This document shows positions 27,960-42,700 of a stretch of DNA of 64,000 bases, one piece after another. This DNA is from Bugula neritina (lineage: Eukaryota; Animalia; Bryozoa), in assembly GCA_964035545.1 (NCBI GenBank), contig OZ037769.1:2728001-2792000 (forward strand), read 5' to 3'. The translations under genes were made by a program, and so were the position numbers. Under the pieces are notes generated by a model. That model did no database searches. It was given only the letters and a program-made list of their open reading frames with translations, and was not told the origin of the DNA. How positions within the stretch are numbered: position 1 is the stretch's first letter; every line of letters begins with the position of its first letter.

Positions 27960-30817
27960 TTAGACTTTTACAGGCTTATCTTCTTTCTTCTTGGGACTAT
28001 CACTTGTGGTTTCTTTTTTAACATCATTTCCTGGTCCAAACTGAAATACACAATCATATACATGGTGAAGTTGTATACATAGTGAAATCATATGCACAGT
28101 GAAATCATACATTTACAAAGGGTACAAATTTGATACTGCACTAACTTGACCATCAATAGTTACAGCACTATGCATGTGCACATTATACATTGTTTTTCAG
28201 ATTCAAATCTTCACAGTATTTGCTCTGCAAGGTAGAATTAGCAATTATAGAATTAGCAAGTCTGGGTTGTATTATTAATTATTTACACTCATTATGTGTA
28301 AAGTTTTTCCAAGAAAATACCGGTTATAATTTTTAAACTATTTACACCATAAAAAAATATAACTTAGCTTTGAATATTCTTCTATATGAATGCTAATGAT
28401 ACTATAAACAAGTGTTAGCAGACTCAGCTAATAATTAAAAGCAACAAATTATAAGTTGTCAAAGTTATCAAAGCTCACCTTTCTGTAGAAATCATTCAAA
28501 TTTCTCTTCATTTCATATGCATTCTCCCCATCAGCATAGTACTTTGGCTCTATTTCTGAGATTCTGAAATACCCAGACATGTATATTTCACTGCAACTTT
28601 TAACACATCTTGTAAAAATGAAACTACAGGAATAAAACCAGTACTTGGCAAAAAGAAACAAAGTTTGTGGCAGCATCGTTTTAAATGTGGCCAACAAAAG
28701 CTTGCTTTAGGAAAACTAATTCAATGGACTTTCCAGGCATAATATAACTGAACAACATTGTGCTGCAAAAGTAACCGGTTTTTATTGCAACGAAGTAGCA
28801 ACATTTGTATGTAGTAATAGCCTAAAATCACAAATTGGTCTGCCAAAAGTTGGCAGAGTATCCAAAGCAACCGTAAAGAACTTATTTTGATGTGAAGAAG
28901 CAAAAAATTAGCTCTCAAAGATATCCCTACTTGGAATTCTGAAAATCTACTATGCCTATAAATTAAATAGACTGGAAAGTTTAACAAAGTGTACTTTCAA
29001 TTTTTACTTCCGATCGACTAGGCCAATATATAAGTTGCCTGCCCTCAACTGTTCAATTACGAGAGGAGAAAACTCTTGAAACACTTGCATTGAAATCAAG
29101 CAGTAATATATGTAATAGAAAGTAGAGCAAATCTATATACTGAGAATTACTCTTTCTCGCAAACATGTTCAATAAATCTTCCATGCAAATTTACTTTACT
29201 GAAAAAATAGTTCAACTAATGATGTCCTTGACTTAGCAAACTTACTCAAATCCAAGAGTGGTCTTGTAAAGGTGAAGTGCTGCCCGATTACTCACTCTAA
29301 CGTGTAAAGAGACATATTTAGCCCCAAAACTCTCCACCATGGCCCTGGAAGCCTGGTCCATCAGCTTCTGAGCCAAACCAAGTCTACGGTGAGACCGTTT
29401 CACAGCCTGAAAAGTGGAACCAGCACACTCTACATCTCATAACTTAGTACCATTGTCACTTTTACACTGAGATTTACATAACAACTGCTGCTAGTACTAC
29501 CGTCACCGCCACTGCAACTACTACTACCACTACTACTACTACTAGTACTAATACTCACCACTGCTAGTACTAATACTCACTACTACTAGTACTACTACTG
29601 CTACTAGTACTACCACAACTACTACTGCTACTACTACTACCACAAATACCACAACTACTAGTACTACTACTGTTTACTGCTACCACTACTACTACCACTA
29701 CTACTACTACTAGTACTACTAATACTACTAGTACTAATACTCACTACTACTAGAACTACTACTCACTACTACTAGTACTAATACTCACAACTGATGTAAT
29801 GTGGCCATGGGGCTCATCTTCTGGATCTTCCTCCCTTCAAGAAACACAAATTATTAAACAAAATAAAAAAAAAGAATAAAAATGTTAACCAAAAATCTAG
29901 TTGATGGCTGGAATGGCTCCTAAGTTTCATTAAATCAATTACATATCCAAATAAGCAAACCTTTTTACGTATTGCAATGAACTAAGTGCATAATTGTTAC
30001 AAATATATATAAAATATTATATAACACTGGGCTATTGGCAATATACTAAACACTGAAATTAATAATATAAAACATTTTTTTCAACTATGGATAACAGATA
30101 TAAAGCCATGGCCTAGTAGTTAGAGTACCAGTTAGTCTACTTAAAAAACCTAATTATCAGGTATTCCCACAGGGCTGGAGACTTCAAACTAATGTGAGTA
30201 TAAAACCAGAAACTTACATCTTAGCAAGGACGTAACCAACCACTTTACCATTTTCATCTTCGGCTACATAAGAAAGCTGCAAATAGAATGGGCGACAGCA
30301 TAACTAGAGTAAACGACCTACAGTGATGTACTGACACAACTTCTTTTCTAATTACTATACTATAAAATATATAACTAAGAGAGGAGTTAACTAAACATAC
30401 CTGAGGCCAAGACAGGCCGTGATAAAAGTAATATTTCAGCTGATAGTTCTCTGGCAAACATAATAGATTACAATGCTGCATATTCATTAGGTCCTCAGGC
30501 TAAAATGCATAAGACATAATAATGACTCACTACAGACTAACGCTCTTTGAACTAAAAGAAAATCTAAATACTATAACTTGAGATTAGCAAATGACAATAG
30601 CAAAAAGGTATGTAATTCACCAAAAAACTTTTAATTAAAGATCTACATTTAGAAAATTTAATTATCATGTTTTTACAAACTCATTAATTGAAAAGAAACT
30701 ACCTACACTCACAGCATGGTAAAACTCAAAGTGTATAATAATAATACTAATAGATACTAGAACTAGAAGTAAAAAAAGGTGAGTTATATAACATACAGTA
30801 GCATTTCTGATATTCAT
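27960..30817 (-). CDS. NAA10: N-alpha-acetyltransferase 10 (NatA catalytic subunit); exons 30797-30817, 30401-30499, 30218-30276, 29789-29834, 29246-29406, 28479-28563, 27960-28040
   Basis: [47 protein letters not shown]...GYVLAKMEED...[23 protein letters not shown]...[20 protein letters not shown], closely matching ARD1/NAA10. Confidence 0.95.
29490..29788 (-). repeat. (AGT)n-rich tract containing repeated copies of the NAA10 exon-4 donor
   Basis: Minus-strand gtgagtattagta occurs at the true donor (29776-29788) and again at about 29732, 29568 and 29546. Confidence 0.8.
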
Positions 30818-31382
30818 TGCGCCTTTTCGCTGTTGAAATTAAACTTGAATCTAAAAACACAGCAAACAGACATTATTCACATTTAAATATAATTCACCGA
30901 GTCAACAAAAACACAGTGGCTAAACATAAAGTTTACTCAAACATAACATGAACATTAAAATCTTTGCAACTTTTTAAAAGTAAATTTCTTCACAACAATT
31001 TTCATGCAGAAATATTAACAGTAGGCCTAAAAGCAAGATCGAGGACACTTCAAGCCAGAATAGGATCAGTCGGGTGATGGTGAGACTCAGACAGAGTGAG
31101 AGTCTGAGAACTCTCAGTCCGAGTCTCACAGCTTTCATTTTATAATTGTTGTTACACTAACACTTATACTGATAGCGAGTGGCACTTGATAAAACTAAAA
31201 AAATTGAGTTTCAATTGGCAAAGGAGAAGTTGAATCACAATTATTTACGGTTTATACCAAACTTGTCTAACAGGTAATATATTTATATTTTTCTTTTGTT
31301 CGATTTTTTGTCAATGGAGTTGATTTTAGTTAATTAAACGTTTTGTTTTACTGAGGCTACAAATAAATATACCAAGTCTATG

Positions 31383-31424
31383 CTAGTAGCCACTGAACTG
31401 AAACTATAGTTCAGTGCTAGTAGC
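31383..31424. mobile_element. 26-bp hairpin micro-insertion with 9-bp TIRs and 8-bp direct flanks
   Basis: ctagtagc-[cactgaact gaaactat agttcagtg]-ctagtagc. Confidence 0.55.
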
Positions 31425-33737
31425 GATCCGAGTGTTATACATTTATGTTGTTATAAGTAGAAGATAACTCTGCAAATCCTACTTCTAACAGTAGTCACGA
31501 TAAACTTATTATTATTGATTTTTAATAGATAATTATTCTAATTACTCCAACAGTTACTAAAATTTACAGAGTTGTCTTTACTAACTCTTATGAGTAAGTC
31601 CGAATAATAGATCGCATTGTGAATAACAAAATGAAAATAAAATGCCTCAGCAAAAACTTTAAAATGTTTTTTTAAAATTGTGAAAGCTTGCCAAAAAATA
31701 TTATTTGCAGTAAAATTTATTAAATATTGAATTATGATACTTTTTAATCTTTTGAGGGGTAGAAAAAAACTGGGGACGATGTCACCTCGGAAACAGTAAA
31801 AAACTTTCTTATCTGTTTCTAGTAAAAGTAAAACTAAAACTAAATGAGAACTAACCAAAAAAAGTAACTTTAAATTGCTGTGTACTTGACGACGTCGAAC
31901 GCCGTGATGATACTTATGTTGCGAAGTTAAACTTTAAAGACAATCAATATCATAATGAGAAACTTACCATTATAATTAATGATGACGATCATAAAGTGAT
32001 AATAATTATTAATATTATTATTATTATAATTTATACTAATAATAATACTAATAGTAATACTAATACTAGACATAATATTAATAATAGTAATACTAATAGT
32101 AATAGTAATACTATTAGTATGACTTATACTATAAGTATAAGTATAAGACATAAGTATAATTAATGTTATACATAAGTTATAGTTTAGTAATACTAATACT
32201 AAGTCTAATACTAATAGTAATACTAATACTAATAGTAATAGTAATAGAATTAGATGATTATTAGATGTAATTGATATTTTTATTAAAATTAATTCATAAT
32301 AATTATAATAATAATATTATTATTAATATTATAATGATATTAATAATTATTAATAATAATTATAACTATGAATAAAATATATTTATAAATTAACACTGTA
32401 AGTGTAAGTATAATGATATTGTTATTGATAATCATTATGATTATGAAATATTATTAATGTTAATTTAATTTCATTTATTATTATAACTTTTTTTTCTTTA
32501 ATTTGTTTTCAAAAATAAATTCAACAATTCATATCCATCTTAATTTTTATCTTAAAGTTATAGTTTAACATAGTGATAGTGATAATGATGATCTTAGCCT
32601 TCCTAAGAGTAAGAGTAAGACTAAGGGTTAGAGTAACACTAACAGATATTTTAGCTTAAAAATTTAAGTTTTAGTTTAACTTTAAGGCTAAGCCAAAGGC
32701 TGTAGTAATTATATTCAGTTCTACAAGTATAATATTTAATAATAATACTTAGAGTTAGAGTATAATTTATAGCTATAGTACATGTCAATGTGATAAATAA
32801 AGCACTAAAAATAAATACTAAATATTATAGTTAAATAGTGAGTATAACTATAATTATGACATCAACTTAGTCTTACAAGTCTTACTATGCTAGGTATAAC
32901 GGCCAGTCATACTATAATGCTTTGGGTAATGTACTATTCAGCCAATCAAGTTTATCCTCTACCTTTTAGTCTATGGAAGGGCTTTACTGTATTATTTAAC
33001 ACCTTGTAAGTAATTTGTTATAGCTCACCATTTGGTGTTAAGGTTTGTAAAACTTTGTGTTGCCATTAAAGTGTACTAATATTAGAGGTAGTTATACAGA
33101 ACATTCTGGAAAGACATAGGTCAACACTGAGAGTGCATATAGGTTATCAGTTGTATTCGTTTCTATAGTTTGCATGTTTTTAGTTTTCTTCTTGTGCTGT
33201 ATAAATACTACAGTTTCATGTAGAGATTAAATGCAGACTGTGCTAGTAAATGAGTTATTTCTGTTTTTTCAATACAAACATAACATTTTAGTTGATGATT
33301 ATAATATTCAAATACTGTTTTATCAGTTGTGTATGTGTTTACTGTCATCCTTATGTATGGCTTGAAAATATGACAAAAGTGTACGTGTAGTTTTAAATTT
33401 TACCCTTGAACTCAATATCAGACATTAAGTTGGTGGTTTACATGATATAGTGTGGTATCATAGTCATTAAGTTTATAATCTGTGTTATAATATTATTGTG
33501 TAATGCTCTAAATAATAGCTATATAATTTTTGATCTGATTGATAATGCTTTCCAACTTTAAAAATACATCAAAGTTACATTTATATTTCAGTTACTTTGC
33601 GAGTGGCAGGCACCACCTATACTATAGATCCAGGGCTTCCAGAGAGAGCCGACTTCAACTATGGATAACTAGCAATTATATTTTAATAGAAAACTAGCAA
33701 CATTTTCTAGTCAGTTTACTAGTAGACCTGAACAGTT

Positions 33738-36700
33738 ATGAGTAACTCTGTCAGGTTTCATGTTTCTAAAGCTCAAAAGCCTGGTGACGGCAATGAAGGG
33801 TTTTCTTTGGCGAATGATAATGAGATGACAGGTCTTGCCGGAGTACCTTCATATGGATCTCTACCACCATCCAGTTTAGATGGTATCCACCCTTCAATAG
33901 CAGTGGTAGATGCAGATGGCTCAACTAGAGGTGAAGTCTATATGTAAAACTATTCTTATTTGTCTCAGTAAACTTTCAGGGAAAATGTTCCCAACAAATT
34001 GATTTACTACAAGCACTGAATCAATTTGGTGAAGCTGCCATATTTTTGTTGCTGAATGGTGACATTTAGATGTATTCTTAAGCTATATGGTAATTTATTT
34101 TCTACTGTATACTTGCCGTTATCAACAGTATGAGTATATTGATTGAAAATTATTGTTTGTAGTTTAAAATATAGACTTTATAACGTGACAGGTGTATAGT
34201 GCTATACAGACATTGTACTTTAGAAAAATAAGTAATTTATAATGAGTTTCATAAGGCTGCCTTAGTTTGTCTTACAAGCTAAACCTCTTGGGTCACTAAA
34301 CTCTAAGAAGTGATTTGCAAGATTATCAGTATGATTAGTACTATATGCTGGCTCTAGTAATTATAATTTGGTTCTCTAGTAACTATTATGAAGTTAGGTT
34401 ATCTTCTCACTATTAAGGGTGTCTACTCAACCCCACCTCATTTATAATTTTTCCTGAGTGTCAGAAGGTTATAACTGTGGGGTCACGTTTAATAATCCTT
34501 AGATTAGCCTCACCATGTCATTGCATTTTGAATCTTCTATTAGCTGGGTGCTCAGTCTCAACGTTCATTCTCAACTCAAACTTTTTTAATTTGTCTTAAA
34601 TAATGAAGGTGGAGAAAATTTTGACTTCAAACAAACAAGGTAGGTGATTGTGATTGCTGGTTTCTGCATTCTGTTCCTAAATTTAAGTCCTGTCAAAGAA
34701 GTTTAAGTAGTATACAGTATGATGTTCCCATAAGATGTTTAAAATTGAATGTCCTTGTCTGCTTATAACTATTATATCATGGTTTTTAATTCTGTAATGA
34801 TAGGTTTGCGATCTTGTTTGTTTCCAACTCCCTAGATACTGTAAATCAATCATTTTGATGCTGTATTTACGTAAGTAGCTGGTGCTGTATCTCCACGGAT
34901 AGGTTTTGCAACACACAAGTAGCTATGCAACAGCTCAACACCTACAAGGTTTCTTGTAGCAATAATTGACAAATTAAGACACTTTTAATTAGTGAAAGAA
35001 ATCCAGTGAAGTGTTGATTAATTCATCTGTCATGTTTTAGTTTTACTGTCTCAGAAAGACTATTCTGGCTCTTTCAAACTCCCAGTAAAGAATTCTGGTG
35101 GTAAATATACTGTGGAACTCCCCATTGTCTATATAATAGTTTGGTTTCTCCAAATCCAACACGTAGAAATGAGTGTTGTGTTCCCCTGCCCTAACTCCTA
35201 CTGCATACAGTTGTAGAGTTCCACTATATGAGTGATAGATTGTAGCATTTACTAGTATAGAGATATTTGTCAGCATGATGACCTCTACATGTACAGAGTT
35301 TAGGAATTTTAGCTCGTTTTTATTAGCAGAAATATTTTTTTGTTCAAATTAAAAAAAGCTTTTATTTGAAGATGTTGATTCGAGTATTTTAGAAGTGGAA
35401 TTCATTGGTCTGCTCAACTAGTGGGAATTCCGTATATTGTTTGTTGTAAGATACTACAATGTGTTGTTTTAGAAAGAGAGATGTTGTCTTAACGAAGTCC
35501 TCAAGGTTGAGATAAGAATTGTCAATATTTAGTTTTATGATGCTAATGAATACAGTCTGTTATTATTCAAACTACCAGGCTTTTTAAGCATGCTCAGTCA
35601 GTAATTTATGAATGAAAAGCTCTCACATTTCCACTGCTATATAAACTGAAAAGTTAATTTCACTAGTCATTCATGTAACAAGTTTACACCTAGAAGAAGC
35701 TTTGCTTTCCCAGGCCGGTTGCTGCACATGTGGTTATTTGTGTTGTTCAGATGTCTTGCTATTTGAGTAACTTAGAAAAAGTTTCTGATGGGTTGTTAGC
35801 TCCTGATATGTTCACAATCTGATTAAGTGTAGTTTTTCTTCTCTTGGCTTATCTTCTACAATTTCTACTCAGCAGTGAATCACACTCAAACTCCATGGGC
35901 AATGAGGTGTGCTATCATAATATCGAATGACTCATCTTTTCCTGTAGCTTATCATCATCATACGCTTGCCCCTCAGTCATTCTACGTATTTGTAGGTGTA
36001 TATGTAAAAAATCTGTTTGTGAAATAATATGTCTTTATATATAAGGTAATTGATTTGTTGCAATGGTTGTAAATGTTATGTCCCAGTAATACAGTCCTGT
36101 CATTGTCCCTCAAAAGGCATTATTAGGCACATGCTAAATATCTACTGTCCCAAGGGCAGATATGTTGTGCTAACTTTAATCTGCTAAAAATATTGACCCC
36201 CCAGTACACCCCTAGCAATGTAGCTGGTTACTCCTAGCAATGTGGCTAGTACACCCCTAGCAATGCCGTCTGTACACCCCTAGCAATGCCATCTGTGCAC
36301 TCCTAGCAATGCCCCCAGTACACCCCTAGCAATGTGTCCTGTGCAACATGCTTAATCATGTTTTTACTGCACTTATAAAGCTTTATACTTAATTTGCTAT
36401 GAATATCCTCAAGGAAGATTGAGTACTACTGCAGTGAAGTTGTGTTCTCACCTGTATCTACAACTGTACTATACTATCATCATGGCTAGCTCCGGTCAGT
36501 TCAACAGGTGGCCAATGTCTCATAAACTCTGAATATTACCTGGCATATATCCTACATTGACTGACAAAATGCTATATGAAGTTGAGCTGAAGATAGATGG
36601 TAGATTAATGAGAGGCCTATTTCATTATCACCTGTCTTATTCATATTCATGTCCTGCCCTTGAGGGGCGTTCACCTTCTTAGCAACCCGTTAGTTGAGAT

Positions 36701-39700
36701 TCTAGACCTGGAAGGGCTCAGCGTGACTTGAGATAATTAGGAGTGTGGTAATAGTCATATATCTACTTTGCAGTTCATTGTCTTTACACACACGCAGCTT
36801 ATTTCCTAATTTATGTATTAGTTTGTCCTTTATTCTATAGATGAAATACTCTGCCTCACTTACTAACAATATTAATCTCCGTATAAACTCATTTAAACCT
36901 CCTTAAACTAGATATGCTTGCACAAGTTTATTGGAGTTGTCTTATTGTAGGCATAAATTCAAGCAACTCAATTTGCTAATATTATCTGAAACGTAACCTT
37001 TTATTTGAGTATAGGTGGCTATGAACATAGCTCTATTAAATTAAAATCAAACTGATGTTTTTATTGATTAAGATTGTAATGTAGTGCAGCTTATTATAAA
37101 GATTTATATTAGAATATTATATCTTATTTTAGTATCGGCCCCTTATTGCTATTTTACCTTTGATGTAAATTTATGGATACTCTTTATTCAATTAGGTATG
37201 CAATGTTCCAACAGTATTATTGTAATATATTGTTATATTAAGATTGTTGTTATTATTTTTTATTACCATATTTGGGGATTTTGTTGTGAGACGTACTAAC
37301 ATATATGATTTTGGGAGAATTGTTTACCACTGTTGCAGTGAATGTTGTTCTTTCTTTTAGATGGTTATGCTGTCTTTGGTAATTACCTTTCCTATATTAC
37401 TAGTAAAGCTGCATGTCCTCCCTGGGCACTGCTTTTCTATTGCAGCTTATAACCGTAGCAGCTTTCTTTCTCACCGTGCACTGCCTACCTGCTTATAGTT
37501 GCTAGTGTCTATCTCGTAGTGTGAATGTTGAAGCAGCTTTTAGTATTTATATGGCTACTAGTAATTGGCTAACTTTGGAGTGTAACTATTATTTGAAAAA
37601 TTAGAAAAAAAGCTAAAATCCAAAGTCAATCTAAAGGTGTGTTTATCCCTTTTGACTAATAGCAAAGGTTACCAAACAAATGTTGAACTAGAAAAACAGT
37701 CTTCGGCTTACAGTAACTGCCAAGCTCTTCCCTTCAGTGATTTTAGCATGCTGCCCTGACTCAGCTTAATGTCTGCTCTCAGCTGAAGCTGTGCTAAAAA
37801 TCTCCTTTGTTTGGAATAACACCTATTGTGTAATAACGGATACATTAGTTTGTAGTTAGAGTTATCTCCTCATGACATAATGGAATCCAATGATAACTAG
37901 ACTTCTTGTCCTAATGCTGTGTAAAATTTATTTGCTTATTTGTTATAAAGGCATTTTTTCCATCTTTCCTATAAGCAATATTGCATGTTTTTTACTACTC
38001 CAACAGTATTTGAAATATATTTAGAGTTGTCGGCTCCTGCTTACTTTGCTCTACTCTATTTAATTCAGTTTTTAATTAAAGATTGGCACTAATCAAACTA
38101 TTCATTGCATAATTCAATAAAAGCTGTATTGTCCTGGGCAGGCAAGCTGTAAATTCCAATTTAGCAACACCATTAGCTGCTCTATACTGAATGTGCACTA
38201 ACATTTCTTTACGTAAGGCTCTATTGTCTCTTGCTTTGCTAGTGTTTTCAAAGATCGTTCTGCATTCATGCACCTTTCATAAGCATTTCTCTATTTGTTG
38301 ACTTGGCAGTTGAATAGCCTTCTTGGTAACCGAAGCCCTTTTGTTTTCTAAATGTAATTAAATGTGAACCTGGAACGACACCCGGCAGCAGAGGCAGCTA
38401 ACTAACTTGAACTTTCCACTCTTGGACGAAGTAGTCTACTGGGTGACCGTACGATTGCCCTTGTAGAATACACGCATTGGTTCGACAAATACACTATTGA
38501 TTTCTCATTTCTGCAGCACGTGTTGCAATATTCTATATTTGGACCAATAATTCCGAATGCTGTATCCCAGTGAATCGAACAAATTGAAGAACAGTTTGCC
38601 TGTCGTTAGTCACCTGTAATCATTTGCTGAGTTGACCTTGATCCTGCTAGCTGGTCAACATGGCGGAGGCGACCAATGCTGCCACCGTTGGCTGCGATGA
38701 CGGAAAAATATCTAAAGTAACCATTGAGTTACAACCTTTAAACCCAACGCATGGAACTGGTAACTGAATTTAGTATTTCAAAGTATTTTCCTATTATTTT
38801 GTTGCACTTTTTTGCTTCATTGACATAAAATCGATGTTTTTAAGTCATTAAGTTTCCTAATTCAATTGGGTGTGCTGTGAGGCTTCTATTCCATCATCTT
38901 TGATGCCACAGCTCATTGAAGTGGTGCTGCATACTCGCAGCTATATGCAGACCTTTTCCCACATTAATTGTGTTAAATATCTTAGATTTAATTTGCTTTT
39001 CTCTAAGCTTACTTTTTGTATTGACGTTCGCGGACCATTAAGTCACATCTGTACTTGCCTCTTAGCTGTACTTGAAATGACCAGCTTCTACCGCAGTGCT
39101 GCCGCTGCCGGGACAACAACAGCACTAGAATTTTTGATCTTGGCAGGTTTGAATTCTTCTGCTAATGTTGCTCAATCTTATTGATAAATTTTTTCATATA
39201 TTTTGTTGAATTTAATAATCAATAGTGGGATTGCTACATCACTATACTAATCTCACTGCACTAATCCTCATTGTTAGTGCTGAGTAAATACTGGTGTATA
39301 TTTTCTTATTAAAACACGACCTTCTGTTTGCTTTTTAGCTCTCGCCTGCAATTATTACTTTTGTTTCTTCAGCTAACTTTATTGATGAGTTTATATTCTC
39401 GATTTCACTCGTAATTTCAAAACTTTCACAAATGTAAACATGTTTCTGCTGCCTCGAGTGTATGACAGCGTGTGCTATGTAGATTATTAAAAATAGTATG
39501 CAAAACTATTGGCGTTTTTGCTCAGCTTAGCTGCTAGTTACCTTTACCATATATGCTGCTTGAATACTATAAACCACTAGCTCCTCTTTACTTCTTGTAC
39601 ACTGCCAACCTCTGCTGGCTTACTAACCATTTCCCTGGAATTCCCAAACCTCTCCTAGAAAGTGTCCCATGTTTTCAACTGTTAGTACTAATGCTGTTTT

Positions 39701-42700
39701 TATGGAAAATGAAATGAAAAGTGCTTAAATATAAATATTCAGATGCTTAGTAAGTTTACTAACATGAAATTGATATGTAGTGTCATAAGGTGAGTAGCTG
39801 GGACTGTAGTCTGGTGAACTTATAGATAGTTTATGGAGACTGGATGAAGTAGTGACTAATATTCAAACTGTTTTTTTGTAATACAGGATGAAGCCACCTT
39901 CATGTAACTGGTTATATAATTTAATGTACAACTTTGTACATTATCTATTGTAATAAATAATGTAATACATAATATAATATAACATATCCAGTAATACATG
40001 ATTTAATTTAATATGTACTGTAAAGTCTGTAATACATGATTTATTTTAACATATACAGTGATACATGATATAGTGTAATATATATAACCCAATACACGAT
40101 ATAATGTTATTGCATAACTTAATGCATGATAATGTAATATATAATATAATACCTGATATAATGTAATATAGCTTTCCTACTCTGAGAATTTAACTGATGA
40201 AATCAGCCAAATTTTTATGGAGTATTGAATGCATCTCGTTGGAAATATATAAAGTTTATTGTTTTACCTGTCTCAGGTGATGATCCACAATCAGAGAGAG
40301 AAAGACTGCACAGTATAGAGTCTAAAGAAGGGGGGAAGGGTCTAGAACTGTATGAGGTACACATTCTACTTTAGTTATACACCTTCTGTATATTAGTTAT
40401 ACATCTTCTGTATTAGTTATACACATTCTGTATTAATTATACACTTTCTGCATTAGTTATACATGTTCTGTATTAGTTATACATTGAGTTTAATTTGTTA
40501 AAGCACATCAGGTATACTATAGTGGTATATATTACATTGATACATATTTGGTAATACATCATCAGTATAATAATATATTAGTTATATATATGATTGAACT
40601 GTAGTATGTAGATATTCTCTATTCCCTGTACACACAGTTATATTCCCCTATCAAGATACAAATAGACTGTTCATAGTGTTGGTATGGGCTGATACTGAAA
40701 GCAAGAAACTATCAGTTTTTGTATTCTAGTTCCATAAATAAACCCCTATCAAAGCTGTGCAGCAGCCAATAGGGGGTAAAATGTTCAGCTCTTTGGCGAT
40801 AGATTATGATGTGGGCATCCCTCTGGTCCCCCATACTATACGACAGTGAATTTGCTACTTAGTCTAAAGTCATGAATGCTACAAACACAATAACAATAGA
40901 AAGATAGTACAATCAGGGTGTCTCCCCAAATAACCCGCATATGTGTTGGAGGAGCACAGGCAATGGTAATAGTACGGCATGGATCACATATCCTCAGGGA
41001 GTTTTGCGCTTTGGTTAAAGAAATATTCTATATGAAGCATATTTGTTATATTTTGGAGGTATTATTTCACAGGTTAAAGGGTTTTCTTCCCTTAACATCT
41101 TGAGTATTCATGAATATTGTTATATTCTTAGACGCTGTATTTAAATGACAACAAGTCAAGTTTAAAAGTTTTTATTGTTAATTTAGTAGTTCACTTTTAT
41201 TCTATTATTCAATCACATAGCAACTTATTCTAATAAAAATATCTTCTAGACTGAAAGCATAGTAAGTAGAGATAGCATGTAAAACTAATTCTATTCTGAA
41301 AAGCCACTTCTAGGCTTCGAATACGAAACTGGCTACTTGATTTTTACGATCCAAGGCTTCGATATTTTTTTCAAGTTGAATGAAAATGCAAGTATTTCAG
41401 TGCAGCCCCATTGAGTTTGTTACTATAAATAGCACCTAGTCTTCGGATAGAATGGTCACTGATTGGCCGATTACAAGGTTGTGCTGATTAGCAGCCCACT
41501 TTGCTAGGGCATTGCTAATTACTACATTATTGTGTGCACAATAGCTACTTGATTGTTATAAGTTGTTGATAAGTTTACATTTACGTGATTGTAGACATTT
41601 GAGGGCAGGATCAATACCTTGCTACATAATTACTGTCAATCTGTAATATTTATTCAATTATTGATGTAGGATGTTATATTTTCCGTAACTATACATAATA
41701 CATAGCAGCTAGAATTATAATGCAGTGTACAAGTATATAACACAAACTGTCATGTTAATCAATTGTTTTCAAGGCTGAGTATAACAGTGTATTCATAATA
41801 TAATTATACATAATCTAAATACATAATATACATATGTAATTTAAATACATAATATAAATATATAATATAAATACATAATATGAATACATAATATAAATAC
41901 ATAATATAAATACATTATATAAACACACAATATGAATATATAATATAAATACATAATATACATATGTAATTTAAATACATAATATAAATATATAATATAA
42001 ATACATAATATGAATACATAATATAAATACATAATATAAATACATTATATAAACACACAATATGAATATATAATATAAATACATAATATAAATACATTAT
42101 ATAAATGCATTATATAAATACATTATATTTTTACCACATTACCATCATGTGATCTAATATGCCTAATTTCCTGTATGTAGGAGGACCTCAAAAGTAGACC
42201 GAAGATCTCGAGGATACTACACAGTCTGGCCAATTACAATGCTGGTCTCACTCCTAGTGCTACAGATATGGAGAAGGCTGCTAAAGTACCCCAGGTAACT
42301 TTTAGTACTACCCCAGGTAACTGTTAGGACTACCCCAGGTAACTGTTAGGACTACCCCAGGTAACTGTAAGGACTACCCCAGGTAACTGTTAGGACTACC
42401 CCAGGTAACTGTTAGGACTACCCCAGGTAACTGCTAGGACTACCTCAGGTGACTGTTAGATTATCCCAGGTGTATTAAACATAAGCTAATGCAGTCTAGT
42501 CTGTTGAGCAAATGGTTCAAACTTTCAAAGCATTGCAAAAATAGCCTTTGGGTCTCAATACAGAGTCCAAACTTATGAATAAGTCTAAGGTGAAGGTTTT
42601 TAAGAGTAATTTTAACAGACAACAGGATCCTTCTAACTCTAGAAGTTGAAGATGGGTGCATAGGAACCGGTATCGCTGCCGACAGCTGTGGTAGCAGACT

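Noticed and set aside
34609-35906. Possible KCC microexons at 34609-34639 and 35873-35906
   Set aside because: Lengths of 31 and 34 nt do not preserve the frame, and the splice signals are weak.
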